Part shown: positions 31,859 through 39,122 of the stretch, piece after piece
Layout of the letters: every line of letters begins with the position of its first letter
How positions within the stretch are numbered: position 1 is the first letter of the stretch
DNA from: an uncultured Candidatus Saccharibacteria bacterium
GTDB taxonomy: Bacteria; Patescibacteriota; Minisyncoccia; Phycocordibacterales; Phycocordibacteraceae
Direction of reading: 5' to 3'
Assembly: GCA_964357805.1 (NCBI GenBank)
Contig: CAYHMS010000001.1
Coordinates: 17,176-56,297 of the forward strand
DNA: 39,122 bases
Program-made: the position numbers and the translations under genes
Notes under the pieces: model-generated
The model's input: only the letters and a program-made list of their open reading frames with translations
The model's database searches: none
Told to the model about the DNA's origin: nothing

Positions 31859-33094
31859 ATGCCTGAGCCGCTTTCGACCGACCCCTATAAGGGCGTCCGC
31901 GACTTCTATCCCGCTGATTGGGCATTGATGGAGGCGATGTTCGCGCGCATCCGCGAAGTGCTTACTCGCTGGGGTTATGAGGAATACAACGCCTCTCCAC
32001 TCGAGCGCGCCGAGCTCTACGAAGCGAAGACTTCTGAAGAAATTGTGAACGAGCAGACCTACACCTTCATGGATCGCGGCGACCGCAAGGTGACGCTCCG
32101 CCCCGAGATGACGCCGACTCTCGCGCGAATGGTTGCGGGTAAACGTCGCGAGCTCGTCTTCCCGCTTCGCTGGTTCTCCATCGGCAACCGCTTCCGCTAC
32201 GAACGACCGCAGAAAGGCCGTCTGCGTGAGTTCTACCAAGTGGATATCGACCTCGTCGGGCTTCCCGAAGGCGAAGCGGATATAGAAATTATCCGAATTG
32301 CGTCGGAAATACTCAAAGCATTCGGCGCAAAAGAAAGCGATTTCGTCATCCGCGTCAATTCACGTTCTCTCTTAAACACCGCGTGCACAGCGGCGGGACT
32401 CAAGGGTGATGATATTCGGCAGTACCTGCGCCTTCTGGACAAGAAATCAAAAATGACGCCCGAGGCTTTCGCGGCGGCGCGAAATACCATTTCAGCAACA
32501 GACCCCCTTTCTCTTATTGAACCGAAAGCGATAGAAACGTTTGTTGCGACGCTTAAAGCGCACGGCGTCGGGAACGCCGTTTTTGACCCCGGTGTCACGC
32601 GCGGCTTTGACTACTACACCGGCATGGTGTTTGAGGTTTTTGACACGAATCCGGCGAATCCGCGCGCGATGTTTGGAGGCGGACGGTACGATGGCTTGAT
32701 GGCGCTCTTCGGCGGCGAACAAATTCCCGCCGTTGGCTTCGCGCTCGGCGAAGTTACCCTCGGTAATTTTCTAGAAACGCATACCCTCGTGCCGACTCCA
32801 AGCGCGCAGGCGCCGCAACTCTATATCGGCACACCGAATAAGGGCGACATTCCCGCCGCGCAGGCGTTCGCCGACACCTTGCGCAAGGCGGGCGGGCGCA
32901 TTTTCGTCAATCTCACCGACCGAGCGCTTGGCGAGCAGATTAAGGACGCGGTAAAGCGCGGCATCCCGCTCTTTATCGCGTACGGCGCAGACGAGGTTGC
33001 GAATAACACCGTTCGTATGAAGGTTCTTGCGACCGGTGAAGAAATGGGTCTTCCGGTATCCGAGCTTCCGATGCGTCTTCGCTCTGGAACCTAA
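31859..33094 (+). CDS. hisS: Histidine--tRNA ligase
   Basis: KGVRDFYP, LRPEMTPTLARMVA, RWFSIGNRFRYERPQKGRLREFYQ and GGGRYDGL motifs, plus a C-terminal anticodon-binding domain. Confidence 0.9.
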   Translation: MPEPLSTDPYKGVRDFYPADWALMEAMFARIREVLTRWGYEEYNASPLERAELYEAKTSEEIVNEQTYTFMDRGDRKVTLRPEMTPTLARMVAGKRRELVFPLRWFSIGNRFRYERPQKGRLREFYQVDIDLVGLPEGEADIEIIRIASEILKAFGAKESDFVIRVNSRSLLNTACTAAGLKGDDIRQYLRLLDKKSKMTPEAFAAARNTISATDPLSLIEPKAIETFVATLKAHGVGNAVFDPGVTRGFDYYTGMVFEVFDTNPANPRAMFGGGRYDGLMALFGGEQIPAVGFALGEVTLGNFLETHTLVPTPSAQAPQLYIGTPNKGDIPAAQAFADTLRKAGGRIFVNLTDRALGEQIKDAVKRGIPLFIAYGADEVANNTVRMKVLATGEEMGLPVSELPMRLRSGT

Positions 33095-33098
33095 CGTT

Positions 33099-33689
33099 AT
33101 GCGTGCCATCACCTTCGACATTGAATCCATCTCCGATTCCTTCGTGCGCGGTCACATCGATGTGAACGAACAGGAACTTACCGTCGTCGCCATTCACGAT
33201 TCACTCACGGGCGAATATTCTTCGTACTTCAAAGAAGAGCTTTCGAAACTTTGGCCTATCCTCGAACATGCTGACCTTCTCATCGGTTTCAATTCTGACG
33301 CATTCGATATTCCGCTTCTGAATCGCTATTACCCGGGCGACCTTTCCCATTTGCGCTCGCTTGATCTCTTGAGTGAAGTGCAGAAGGCGCTCGGCCGGCG
33401 CATCCGGCTCCAAGCGCTCGCCGAAGCGACTCTCGGCAGGGGGAAATTAGGCGATGGCATGAAAGCCGGCGAATGGTGGAAGGAAGGTAAAAAGGACAAG
33501 GTAACTGAATATTGCATTGAGGACGTCCGCCTCACGCGCGAGCTCTACGACTACGCGCTCGCGCACGGCATACTCAAATATAAGGACCTAATCGATATTC
33601 GCGATATCAAGCTCGATACCTCGCTCTGGCTCGCTCCTGCGAGCGGGACGCACGTCATCCCCGCGATGACCCACGCACTTCCTTTATGA
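33099..33689 (+). CDS. DEDD-type 3'-5' exonuclease (RNase H-like fold)
   Basis: ITFDIES (Exo I), GFNSDAFDIPLL (Exo II) and YCIEDVRLT (Exo III). Confidence 0.7.
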   Translation: MRAITFDIESISDSFVRGHIDVNEQELTVVAIHDSLTGEYSSYFKEELSKLWPILEHADLLIGFNSDAFDIPLLNRYYPGDLSHLRSLDLLSEVQKALGRRIRLQALAEATLGRGKLGDGMKAGEWWKEGKKDKVTEYCIEDVRLTRELYDYALAHGILKYKDLIDIRDIKLDTSLWLAPASGTHVIPAMTHALPL

Positions 33690-34360
33690 AATCTTCTCTC
33701 GCTGTTCCTCTCGCGATTGTCATCGGTGGGGTCATCGTCGCGGGGGCGATATATTTATCGGTAGCAAAGTCCGTATTGGTCGGCTCCGATGCCGACAATC
33801 CTTCCCTCGTGCGGCCAGTGAATACCTCCGACCACATACTCGGCAATCCGGCCGCGAGAGTGATGATAGTTGAGTATTCGGACTTCGATTGCGAATTTTG
33901 CAAGGACTATCACGAGACGCTGCACCAAATCATCGCGAACGTCGGCACCAATGGCGACGTTGCGTGGGTCTTCCGCGAGTTTCCGCTCCTTGAAATCCAT
34001 CCAAATGCACTTGCTCACGCGCGCGCTGCCGAATGTGTCGCGCAGGTCGCGGGCAATGACGCATTCTGGAAATTTTCTGATTCCCTCTTTCAGAATCAAC
34101 CGGTTAACTCCGCACGTTACGGAGAACTCGCAAAGGCCGCAGGCATTCCAAATGACAACGCTTTCGCAACCTGTTATGCAAACGCTTCTGCAACACTTGA
34201 TGCGCGCATTCTCGCAGACCGCCAGAATGCGCTCGATATGGGCGCGCTTGGCACACCGTATGCAATCCTCCTCACCACCGGCAAACCTCCCGTCCTGATG
34301 AAAGGCGCGTATCCCTACGACGTCGTGAAGCAGCTCATCGACGAAGCACTGGCGCGTTAG
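33686..34360 (+). CDS. DsbA-family thiol:disulfide oxidoreductase
   Basis: N-terminal TM anchor and a thioredoxin fold with YSDFDCEFCKDYH (CxxC). Confidence 0.85.
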   Translation: MKSSLAVPLAIVIGGVIVAGAIYLSVAKSVLVGSDADNPSLVRPVNTSDHILGNPAARVMIVEYSDFDCEFCKDYHETLHQIIANVGTNGDVAWVFREFPLLEIHPNALAHARAAECVAQVAGNDAFWKFSDSLFQNQPVNSARYGELAKAAGIPNDNAFATCYANASATLDARILADRQNALDMGALGTPYAILLTTGKPPVLMKGAYPYDVVKQLIDEALAR

Positions 34361-35202
34361 TCGTCCACCAACTCCAGACGATACATATCAAAAGAATTAT
34401 CGCCCTCAAACATATCAGACGGGTTCGGGAGGTACACACGTCGGCGCGCAATCTCATCGGTCGCATCGTTGATGAGACGATGAAAGACCGCAAAGTCCTC
34501 TTTGCAATTGCGAAAGTCAATTTCATATCGCCGCATTTGCGAGCTCCCGTCGGCATTCTTCGTCTTCTTGCATTCGTATACGATGAAGCGCCGCACCGGC
34601 TTCTCGAACATCTCCCGCACCGTGTAGTAGTTGAAGATGGCCTGAATGATGAAAAGTGATTTCGCGGCGCCTCCCTTGCTAAATGCCGCGACGAACTTAT
34701 GGTCTACGATATCTACCGCACCTTTTTCAATCTTTGATTCAACTACTAAATCTGAAATCGCTTTGATGGGGAGCGGGAGTCCTTCTACTTCTACGATGCC
34801 CTTCACCTCGACGCCAAGCACGGTATGCTTCGGCGGCCGCGCGAGATAATAGCCGATAGCGCGCAGATATTCCTGTTCCATTGCTTTTCTTTTTTCCCTC
34901 TTCGCTTTGCGCGTTGTGGCTTTGCCGAAATTAATTTCAAAATCCCCGACGTCGCGCATATATTCAAGACCTTTCTGTATCGCAATATCCTTGGGCGCAC
35001 CGCTGTAAAAGTGTTCTAGCGCCCGATGCCCCGCGCTCCCAACCACTGCCGCCGGCGTCGTGGGCGTATCATATATCTCTTCCACATAGCGCTTGTACCA
35101 CGCCAGTGGATTCCTCAAAAACGCCATCAAGCTCGAATGACTCCAGTGCTTAATCGGCAGCTTTTTTTTCTTTTCTGCACCTGCTTTTTTCTCCCGCTTC
35201 AT
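34357..35202 (-). CDS. PD-(D/E)XK nuclease (RecB/Cas4-like, no Cys cluster; called P2 here)
   Basis: WSHSSLMAFLRNPLAWY, GSAGHRALEHF and DIVDHKF motifs. Start set at MKREKK with TATACT 6 nt upstream. Confidence 0.75.
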   Translation of the reverse strand: MKREKKAGAEKKKKLPIKHWSHSSLMAFLRNPLAWYKRYVEEIYDTPTTPAAVVGSAGHRALEHFYSGAPKDIAIQKGLEYMRDVGDFEINFGKATTRKAKREKRKAMEQEYLRAIGYYLARPPKHTVLGVEVKGIVEVEGLPLPIKAISDLVVESKIEKGAVDIVDHKFVAAFSKGGAAKSLFIIQAIFNYYTVREMFEKPVRRFIVYECKKTKNADGSSQMRRYEIDFRNCKEDFAVFHRLINDATDEIARRRVYLPNPSDMFEGDNSFDMYRLELVDD

Positions 35203-35208
35203 GGTCGC

Positions 35209-35214
35209 AGTATA
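35209..35214 (-). promoter_or_regulatory. -10 box TATACT, 6 nt upstream of ATG 35202
   Basis: Read directly from the sequence. Confidence 0.45.
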
Positions 35215-35241
35215 TCTGAATCGTGCAGTAATTTCGCTCCT

Positions 35242-35278
35242 ATCCAAGATAAGAGACGACCGCACCTTATTGTGGATA
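35242..35278 (-). repeat. 37-bp element, copy C (plus strand ATCCAAGATAAGAGACGACCGCACCTTATTGTGGATA)
   Basis: 31 of 37 identical to copy A and 30 of 37 to copy B. Its proximal end is 27 nt upstream of the P2 -10 box. Confidence 0.85.
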
Positions 35279-35376
35279 CCTTGCTAATTTATGGGGATGG
35301 TGTATAAATAGCGGCAGGTTGCAGTACACGGTGGATTCCCCGCCAGTCATTCACGTTCACAAAATGGAGGCATGGC

Positions 35377-35697
35377 ATGAGTAACACACTGATTGGCTTT
35401 TTGCTGATGGGTAGCGCCATCGTCATCATGGGAGCTTTGTTTGGCTTCCAGGCCGTAAAATTCAAACCGAAGGGTGTGATACGCTTTCCGGACTCGTCGT
35501 TCGTGTGGGTGTTCATCTACTACGTCGGAACCCTGATGTCTGACCATGGAAACGATTTGGAGCATTGCCTCGCATTCGCCTTCTTGGTCATAATGATCGG
35601 TCCTGTGTTAACGCTCATTTTTTCGCTTTTTTGGCTCGCCGTCTTCGCAGGACTCGAGAGATTTGCCGACTGGTACAGTGGAGTGACTCACAACTGA
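35377..35697 (+). CDS. Small membrane protein (3 TM), unknown function
   Basis: 106-aa hydrophobic ORF with a GGAGG Shine-Dalgarno 6 nt upstream. Confidence 0.6.
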   Translation: MSNTLIGFLLMGSAIVIMGALFGFQAVKFKPKGVIRFPDSSFVWVFIYYVGTLMSDHGNDLEHCLAFAFLVIMIGPVLTLIFSLFWLAVFAGLERFADWYSGVTHN

Positions 35698-35710
35698 CCA
35701 GCATTAGCAA

Positions 35711-35748
35711 AACGCGCAGGAGAAATCCCTGCGCGTTGTTGTTTTTAT
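35711..35748 (+). terminator. Intrinsic terminator AACGCGCAGG-(7-nt loop)-CCTGCGCGTT followed by GTTGTTTTT
   Basis: 10-bp stem plus a T-rich tail, starting 14 nt after the stop. Confidence 0.7.
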
Positions 35749-35759
35749 GTACGAAACAA

Positions 35760-36998
35760 TTAGTACGACTTCAGGTGGCGGGCGCGGTCGTGGGTGCGAA
35801 TCTTTTCGAGTGCCTTCGCTTCAATCTGGCGAATGCGTTCGCGGGTGACACCGAATTCCCTACCCACTTCTTCAAGCGTGTGATAGATGCCGTCCATAAG
35901 GCCGTGGCGCATCTCAAGAATCTTGCGCTCCTTTGGCGAGAGGTCGGCAAGAATTGCGCGCACCTGCTCCGCGAGAATGCGCTCCGAGGATTCCTGCACG
36001 GGCGAAGGAATCTTGTCGTCAGGAATGAAGTCGCCGAGCGTTGACTTCTCGTCGTCGTCCGAACCGACCGGGTTCTCAAGAGAGAGCGTATCCTGATTAA
36101 TCTTTTCTATTTGATAAATCTTTTCCGGCTCCACGCCCATTTCTACCGCAATTTCTTCCGCCTGCGGGTCTCGACCGAGGGCTTGGGACAGGCGTCGGGA
36201 AACCTGCTTATATTTCGCAATCGTTTCTACCATGTGCACGGGAATGCGAATCGTGCGCGACTGGTCCGCGAGTGCACGCGTGATGGCCTGGCGTATCCAC
36301 CACGTTGCGTAGGTTGAAAACTTATATCCCTTCTTCCAATCAAACTTGTCCACCGCGCGAAAGAGACCGAGATTCCCTTCTTGGATGAGGTCAAGAAGCG
36401 TGAGGTCGGGCGACCGGCCGACGTACTTCTTGGCGATAGAGACGACGAGGCGCAGATTGCTCCGCGCGAGGATGTTGCGCGCTTCGGCATCGCTCTTCTC
36501 GATGCGCTTCGCGAGCTCGCGCTCCTCGGCGGCGGTGAGAAGGGGGTACTGCCCTATTTCGCGGAGATAAATCTGAATGGAGTCATAGCCGGTAGAATGG
36601 CGGTCTTTGATATTGCGCGTCGCGAGATACTGGTCGGCAGCATCCTCGAGCATACCGCCTTCAAGTACGTCAACGCCTGCGACAGAAAAACGCTCATAGA
36701 GCGACTCAAGAAAACTGACGTCGTCTTCGATATGCGGAAACGATTTGAGTATCTCGCTATACGTGACGTAGCCGCGCTCCTTGCCCTTCTCAATAAGCGT
36801 CTCCGCTGAAAGTGCCTTCTGCGAGTTCGCTTTCGCCCGCGCGCCTCGAGAAGCGGTGCGCACGACCTGCTTTTTAGATGGTGTACGACTGGCTTTCTTT
36901 TTGATAGGGGCGCGTTTAATTCTCTTCTTAGAAGGTTTCTTTTTTTCTTGCCTCGAGCGAAGTCGAGAGGTCTTTTTTTTAATAGATTTTTTTGCCAT
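35760..36998 (-). CDS. rpoD: RNA polymerase sigma-70 factor RpoD
   Basis: Regions 1.2-4.2 present ([76 protein letters not shown]). Start set at MAKKSIKKK. Confidence 0.9.
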   Translation of the reverse strand: MAKKSIKKKTSRLRSRQEKKKPSKKRIKRAPIKKKASRTPSKKQVVRTASRGARAKANSQKALSAETLIEKGKERGYVTYSEILKSFPHIEDDVSFLESLYERFSVAGVDVLEGGMLEDAADQYLATRNIKDRHSTGYDSIQIYLREIGQYPLLTAAEERELAKRIEKSDAEARNILARSNLRLVVSIAKKYVGRSPDLTLLDLIQEGNLGLFRAVDKFDWKKGYKFSTYATWWIRQAITRALADQSRTIRIPVHMVETIAKYKQVSRRLSQALGRDPQAEEIAVEMGVEPEKIYQIEKINQDTLSLENPVGSDDDEKSTLGDFIPDDKIPSPVQESSERILAEQVRAILADLSPKERKILEMRHGLMDGIYHTLEEVGREFGVTRERIRQIEAKALEKIRTHDRARHLKSY

Positions 36999-38706
36999 CA
37001 AATAAAGCAAGGCGTGCGGAGAGTTCCGCACATATCGCTTGAGTACTACGCACCGCGGCCGCATCCCCTGCGGCTTCGGCTTTTCGTAAGTTGGTCACTG
37101 CCTCCTGATACGCCTCGCGGATAACCGCTTCTTCAAAGGCGTGGAGAAGTTCGTCCGCCGCATCTTCTTTGGGCTCCTCACCGAACATCTGTTCTGCAGA
37201 GAACAGAGCCGGTTCCGGGAGACCTTCAAGCGGTGGCAATTGAACTTCGGTAATTCGACAATACTCTGTTTTAATGTGCTCGGCAAGCGGGGTATCCGGA
37301 TAGGCGTGGATAGCGGCAAGGAGCAGTTGCGAACGTATTTCTGCCGCCGAACGGGAGGGCGGCGGAGCCGCCCTCTGTTCAATAGAACCGCTGACGGTCT
37401 CCGGATGTTTCGGCGCATGCTTGACTGATTCTCGGACGGCTTCGCCGGAGAGCCCGAGAGCTCGCGCGGCAGTTTGTATGAAATATTCGCGTTCCATCGG
37501 ACTCGGCATCGCGGCGATTAGGGGGAGCACGACACTCTCTGCGACGCGTAGGAGTCGATGCGGGTCGCGCTCTTTCTCAGCGAGTTCTGCAAGAAAAAAT
37601 TCAACGATGGGCTTTGCGGCGACAATGCGCTTTGCAAACTCTTTTGGGTCTTCGTTGATGAGGTCGGCAGGGTCCTTGCTCTTTGGGAGCCGAGCCGCCT
37701 TTACTCGCAGGCCCTGCCGAAGGGCTAACTCTGCTGATCGTGCCGTCGCCTTAAGCCCCGCCGTATCGGCATCTAAGACGAGCATCAAATTCTCGCTGTA
37801 TCGTTTCATCAGGCTGAGATGTTTCTCGGTAAGTGCGGTGCCCGAGAGCGCCACGGTATTCTCAAATCCTGCTTGATGCGCGAGGATGACATCGAGCTGC
37901 CCCTCGACGAGCATCGTAAATTTGCGCACCCGTATCGCCTCCTTCGCGAGGTCCATACCGAAGAGAATCTCTGATTTATGATAGAGCTCGGTCTCCGGGC
38001 TATTCAAATACTTCGCCGTCTGAACTCCGTCTTTCTGGTCTCCGACCTCCAGAGTACGGCCCGTGAAGCCGATGACGCGACCAGCCACATCGCGTATCGG
38101 GAACATAAGCCGATTGCGGAAGCGGTCATAATAGGTGCCCGGCTTCCCATCCGCTTCTTTGATGAGCCCTGCGGCGAGCATTTCCGGCACTGTGAACCCC
38201 TCGGCCGTGAGCGCCTCCAAGAGCGCGCGCCACGCCTCCGGCGCGTAGCCGATGCGCCATGCAGAAATAGTTTCTTTTGTAAATCCGCGTTTTTTTGCAT
38301 ACGCTTCAGCCGGACTCCCTTTTAGATTGCCCGCATACCACTCGCACGCGCGGCTCATCAGCGCGCGCAGTTTTTCTTTTTTTGAAACATCTTCTTTATT
38401 TCCACCGCCGGAATATTCGATCGTGACGCCCGCCTTCTCGGCGAGTATTTTGAGCGCACCCTTGAAATCAACACCTTCAATTTTCTCTATAAAAGAAAAC
38501 CCATCACCTCCTAATCCGCATCCAAAACAATGCCACGTCCCGCGCTCGAGCGACACGTGGAACGAGCCGGTCTTCTCCTTATGAAAAGGACAAAGTCCAA
38601 CCATAGAACGTCCTGCCCGGCGCAACTTCACATACGGGCTCACGATATCCTGTATGTTCAATCTCTCTTTAATCTCTGCGACGGTGTCCTTCGCCATATT
38701 GCCCAT
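36979..38706 (-). CDS. dnaG: DNA primase
   Basis: Zinc finger [21 protein letters not shown], a TOPRIM domain ([19 protein letters not shown]) and a C-terminal helical domain. ATG 38697 is an alternative start. Confidence 0.9.
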   Translation of the reverse strand: MGNMAKDTVAEIKERLNIQDIVSPYVKLRRAGRSMVGLCPFHKEKTGSFHVSLERGTWHCFGCGLGGDGFSFIEKIEGVDFKGALKILAEKAGVTIEYSGGGNKEDVSKKEKLRALMSRACEWYAGNLKGSPAEAYAKKRGFTKETISAWRIGYAPEAWRALLEALTAEGFTVPEMLAAGLIKEADGKPGTYYDRFRNRLMFPIRDVAGRVIGFTGRTLEVGDQKDGVQTAKYLNSPETELYHKSEILFGMDLAKEAIRVRKFTMLVEGQLDVILAHQAGFENTVALSGTALTEKHLSLMKRYSENLMLVLDADTAGLKATARSAELALRQGLRVKAARLPKSKDPADLINEDPKEFAKRIVAAKPIVEFFLAELAEKERDPHRLLRVAESVVLPLIAAMPSPMEREYFIQTAARALGLSGEAVRESVKHAPKHPETVSGSIEQRAAPPPSRSAAEIRSQLLLAAIHAYPDTPLAEHIKTEYCRITEVQLPPLEGLPEPALFSAEQMFGEEPKEDAADELLHAFEEAVIREAYQEAVTNLRKAEAAGDAAAVRSTQAICAELSARLALFDGKKIY

Positions 38707-38729
38707 ATCCTACCGCGCTTCTATCGAGC

Positions 38730-38758
38730 TTGACAGAGACACATAGCAATGTTATCCT
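38730..38758 (+). promoter_or_regulatory. Sigma-70-type promoter: TTGACA, 17-nt spacer, TATCCT
   Basis: Read directly from the sequence in the dnaG/SemiSWEET divergent region. Confidence 0.4.
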
Positions 38759-38787
38759 GTCCCCAGGTCAACATATGGGAGTTCGCA

Positions 38788-39078
38788 ATGAAAATTGATC
38801 AGAAGTACGTCAACGCAGTAGGGTTGCTGGGCGTGGTTATGGCCTGCCTTATGTTCGGGTCATATGTCGACCAGATCATGCTCAACTGGGCTGGCAAGAC
38901 CGGATCGCTCTGGTTGGGACCAACAACGGTTCTGAACTGTGCCGCATGGGTGTTTTACGGGCTTTGCAAGACAGACCGCGACTGGAAAATCGCGGCCCCA
39001 AACATTCTAGGGGTCGTTCTTGGCTTCGTTGTGGGAGGAACTGCTTTCCTCTGCAAGTCAAGCTGTTCTGTACGTTAG
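38788..39078 (+). CDS. SemiSWEET-like (PQ-loop / MtN3) 3-TM transporter
   Basis: 96 aa with 3 TMs. YVDQIMLNW sits where the PQ motif would be, and WVFYGL..D...AAPNILG matches the family pattern. GGGAG Shine-Dalgarno 6 nt upstream. Confidence 0.5.
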   Translation: MKIDQKYVNAVGLLGVVMACLMFGSYVDQIMLNWAGKTGSLWLGPTTVLNCAAWVFYGLCKTDRDWKIAAPNILGVVLGFVVGGTAFLCKSSCSVR

Positions 39079-39122
39079 TATCGGGTTGTTGACACTTTTA
39101 GTGTCAGCGAATGCTCATTGAA

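Noticed and set aside
1-39122. Alternative genetic code (UGA recoding, as in some CPR lineages)
   Set aside because: Conserved genes (murA, hisS, dnaG, rpoD, mltG) are full length under the standard code, several end in TGA, and there are no in-frame TGA interruptions.

Overview
39.1-kb contig-end window with a backbone of roughly 55% GC and the standard genetic code. ORFs stay intact with TGA as a stop. Gene content (DUF5667-type secreted coiled-coil protein, many small membrane proteins, scattered sugar-metabolism genes) suggests a small-genome Patescibacteria/CPR (Parcubacteria-like) bacterium; this is inference only. Backbone genes: murA 3' part, a def-fmt fusion ORF, hpf, a glutaredoxin-like gene, mltG, a cobalamin-riboswitch operon (DUF4430 protein, transcobalamin-like secreted protein, membrane transporter candidate), csp, 3D-domain protein, PAP2 phosphatase, VIT1/CCC1, CofE-like protein, PGI/PMI, ROK kinase, Pif1-like helicase, two PD-(D/E)XK nucleases, a 1015-aa secreted alpha/beta-hydrolase protein, FAD oxidase, RRM RNA-binding protein, hisS, DEDD exonuclease, DsbA-like protein, dnaG-rpoD and a SemiSWEET-like gene. 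Two low-GC accessory islands lack any integrase. Island 1 (about 4330-8108) holds a DUF2188/smORF/membrane-protein operon of unknown function and a type II R-M pair; a helicase remnant, a RelE/ParE TA pair and tRNA-Asn follow it. Island 2 (about 23036-25604) holds a DUF262/DUF1524 (GmrSD-like) gene. The most unusual signals are: (a) five same-orientation copies of a 37-bp element with DnaA-box-like inverted ends, three of them in an exact 39-bp-phased array, all next to nuclease or helicase genes; (b) a TANNNT box 6-7 nt upstream of about 20 start codons, implying mostly leaderless transcription; (c) the uncharacterised operon beside the R-M system. All family assignments come from reading motifs in the translations; no database search was run.
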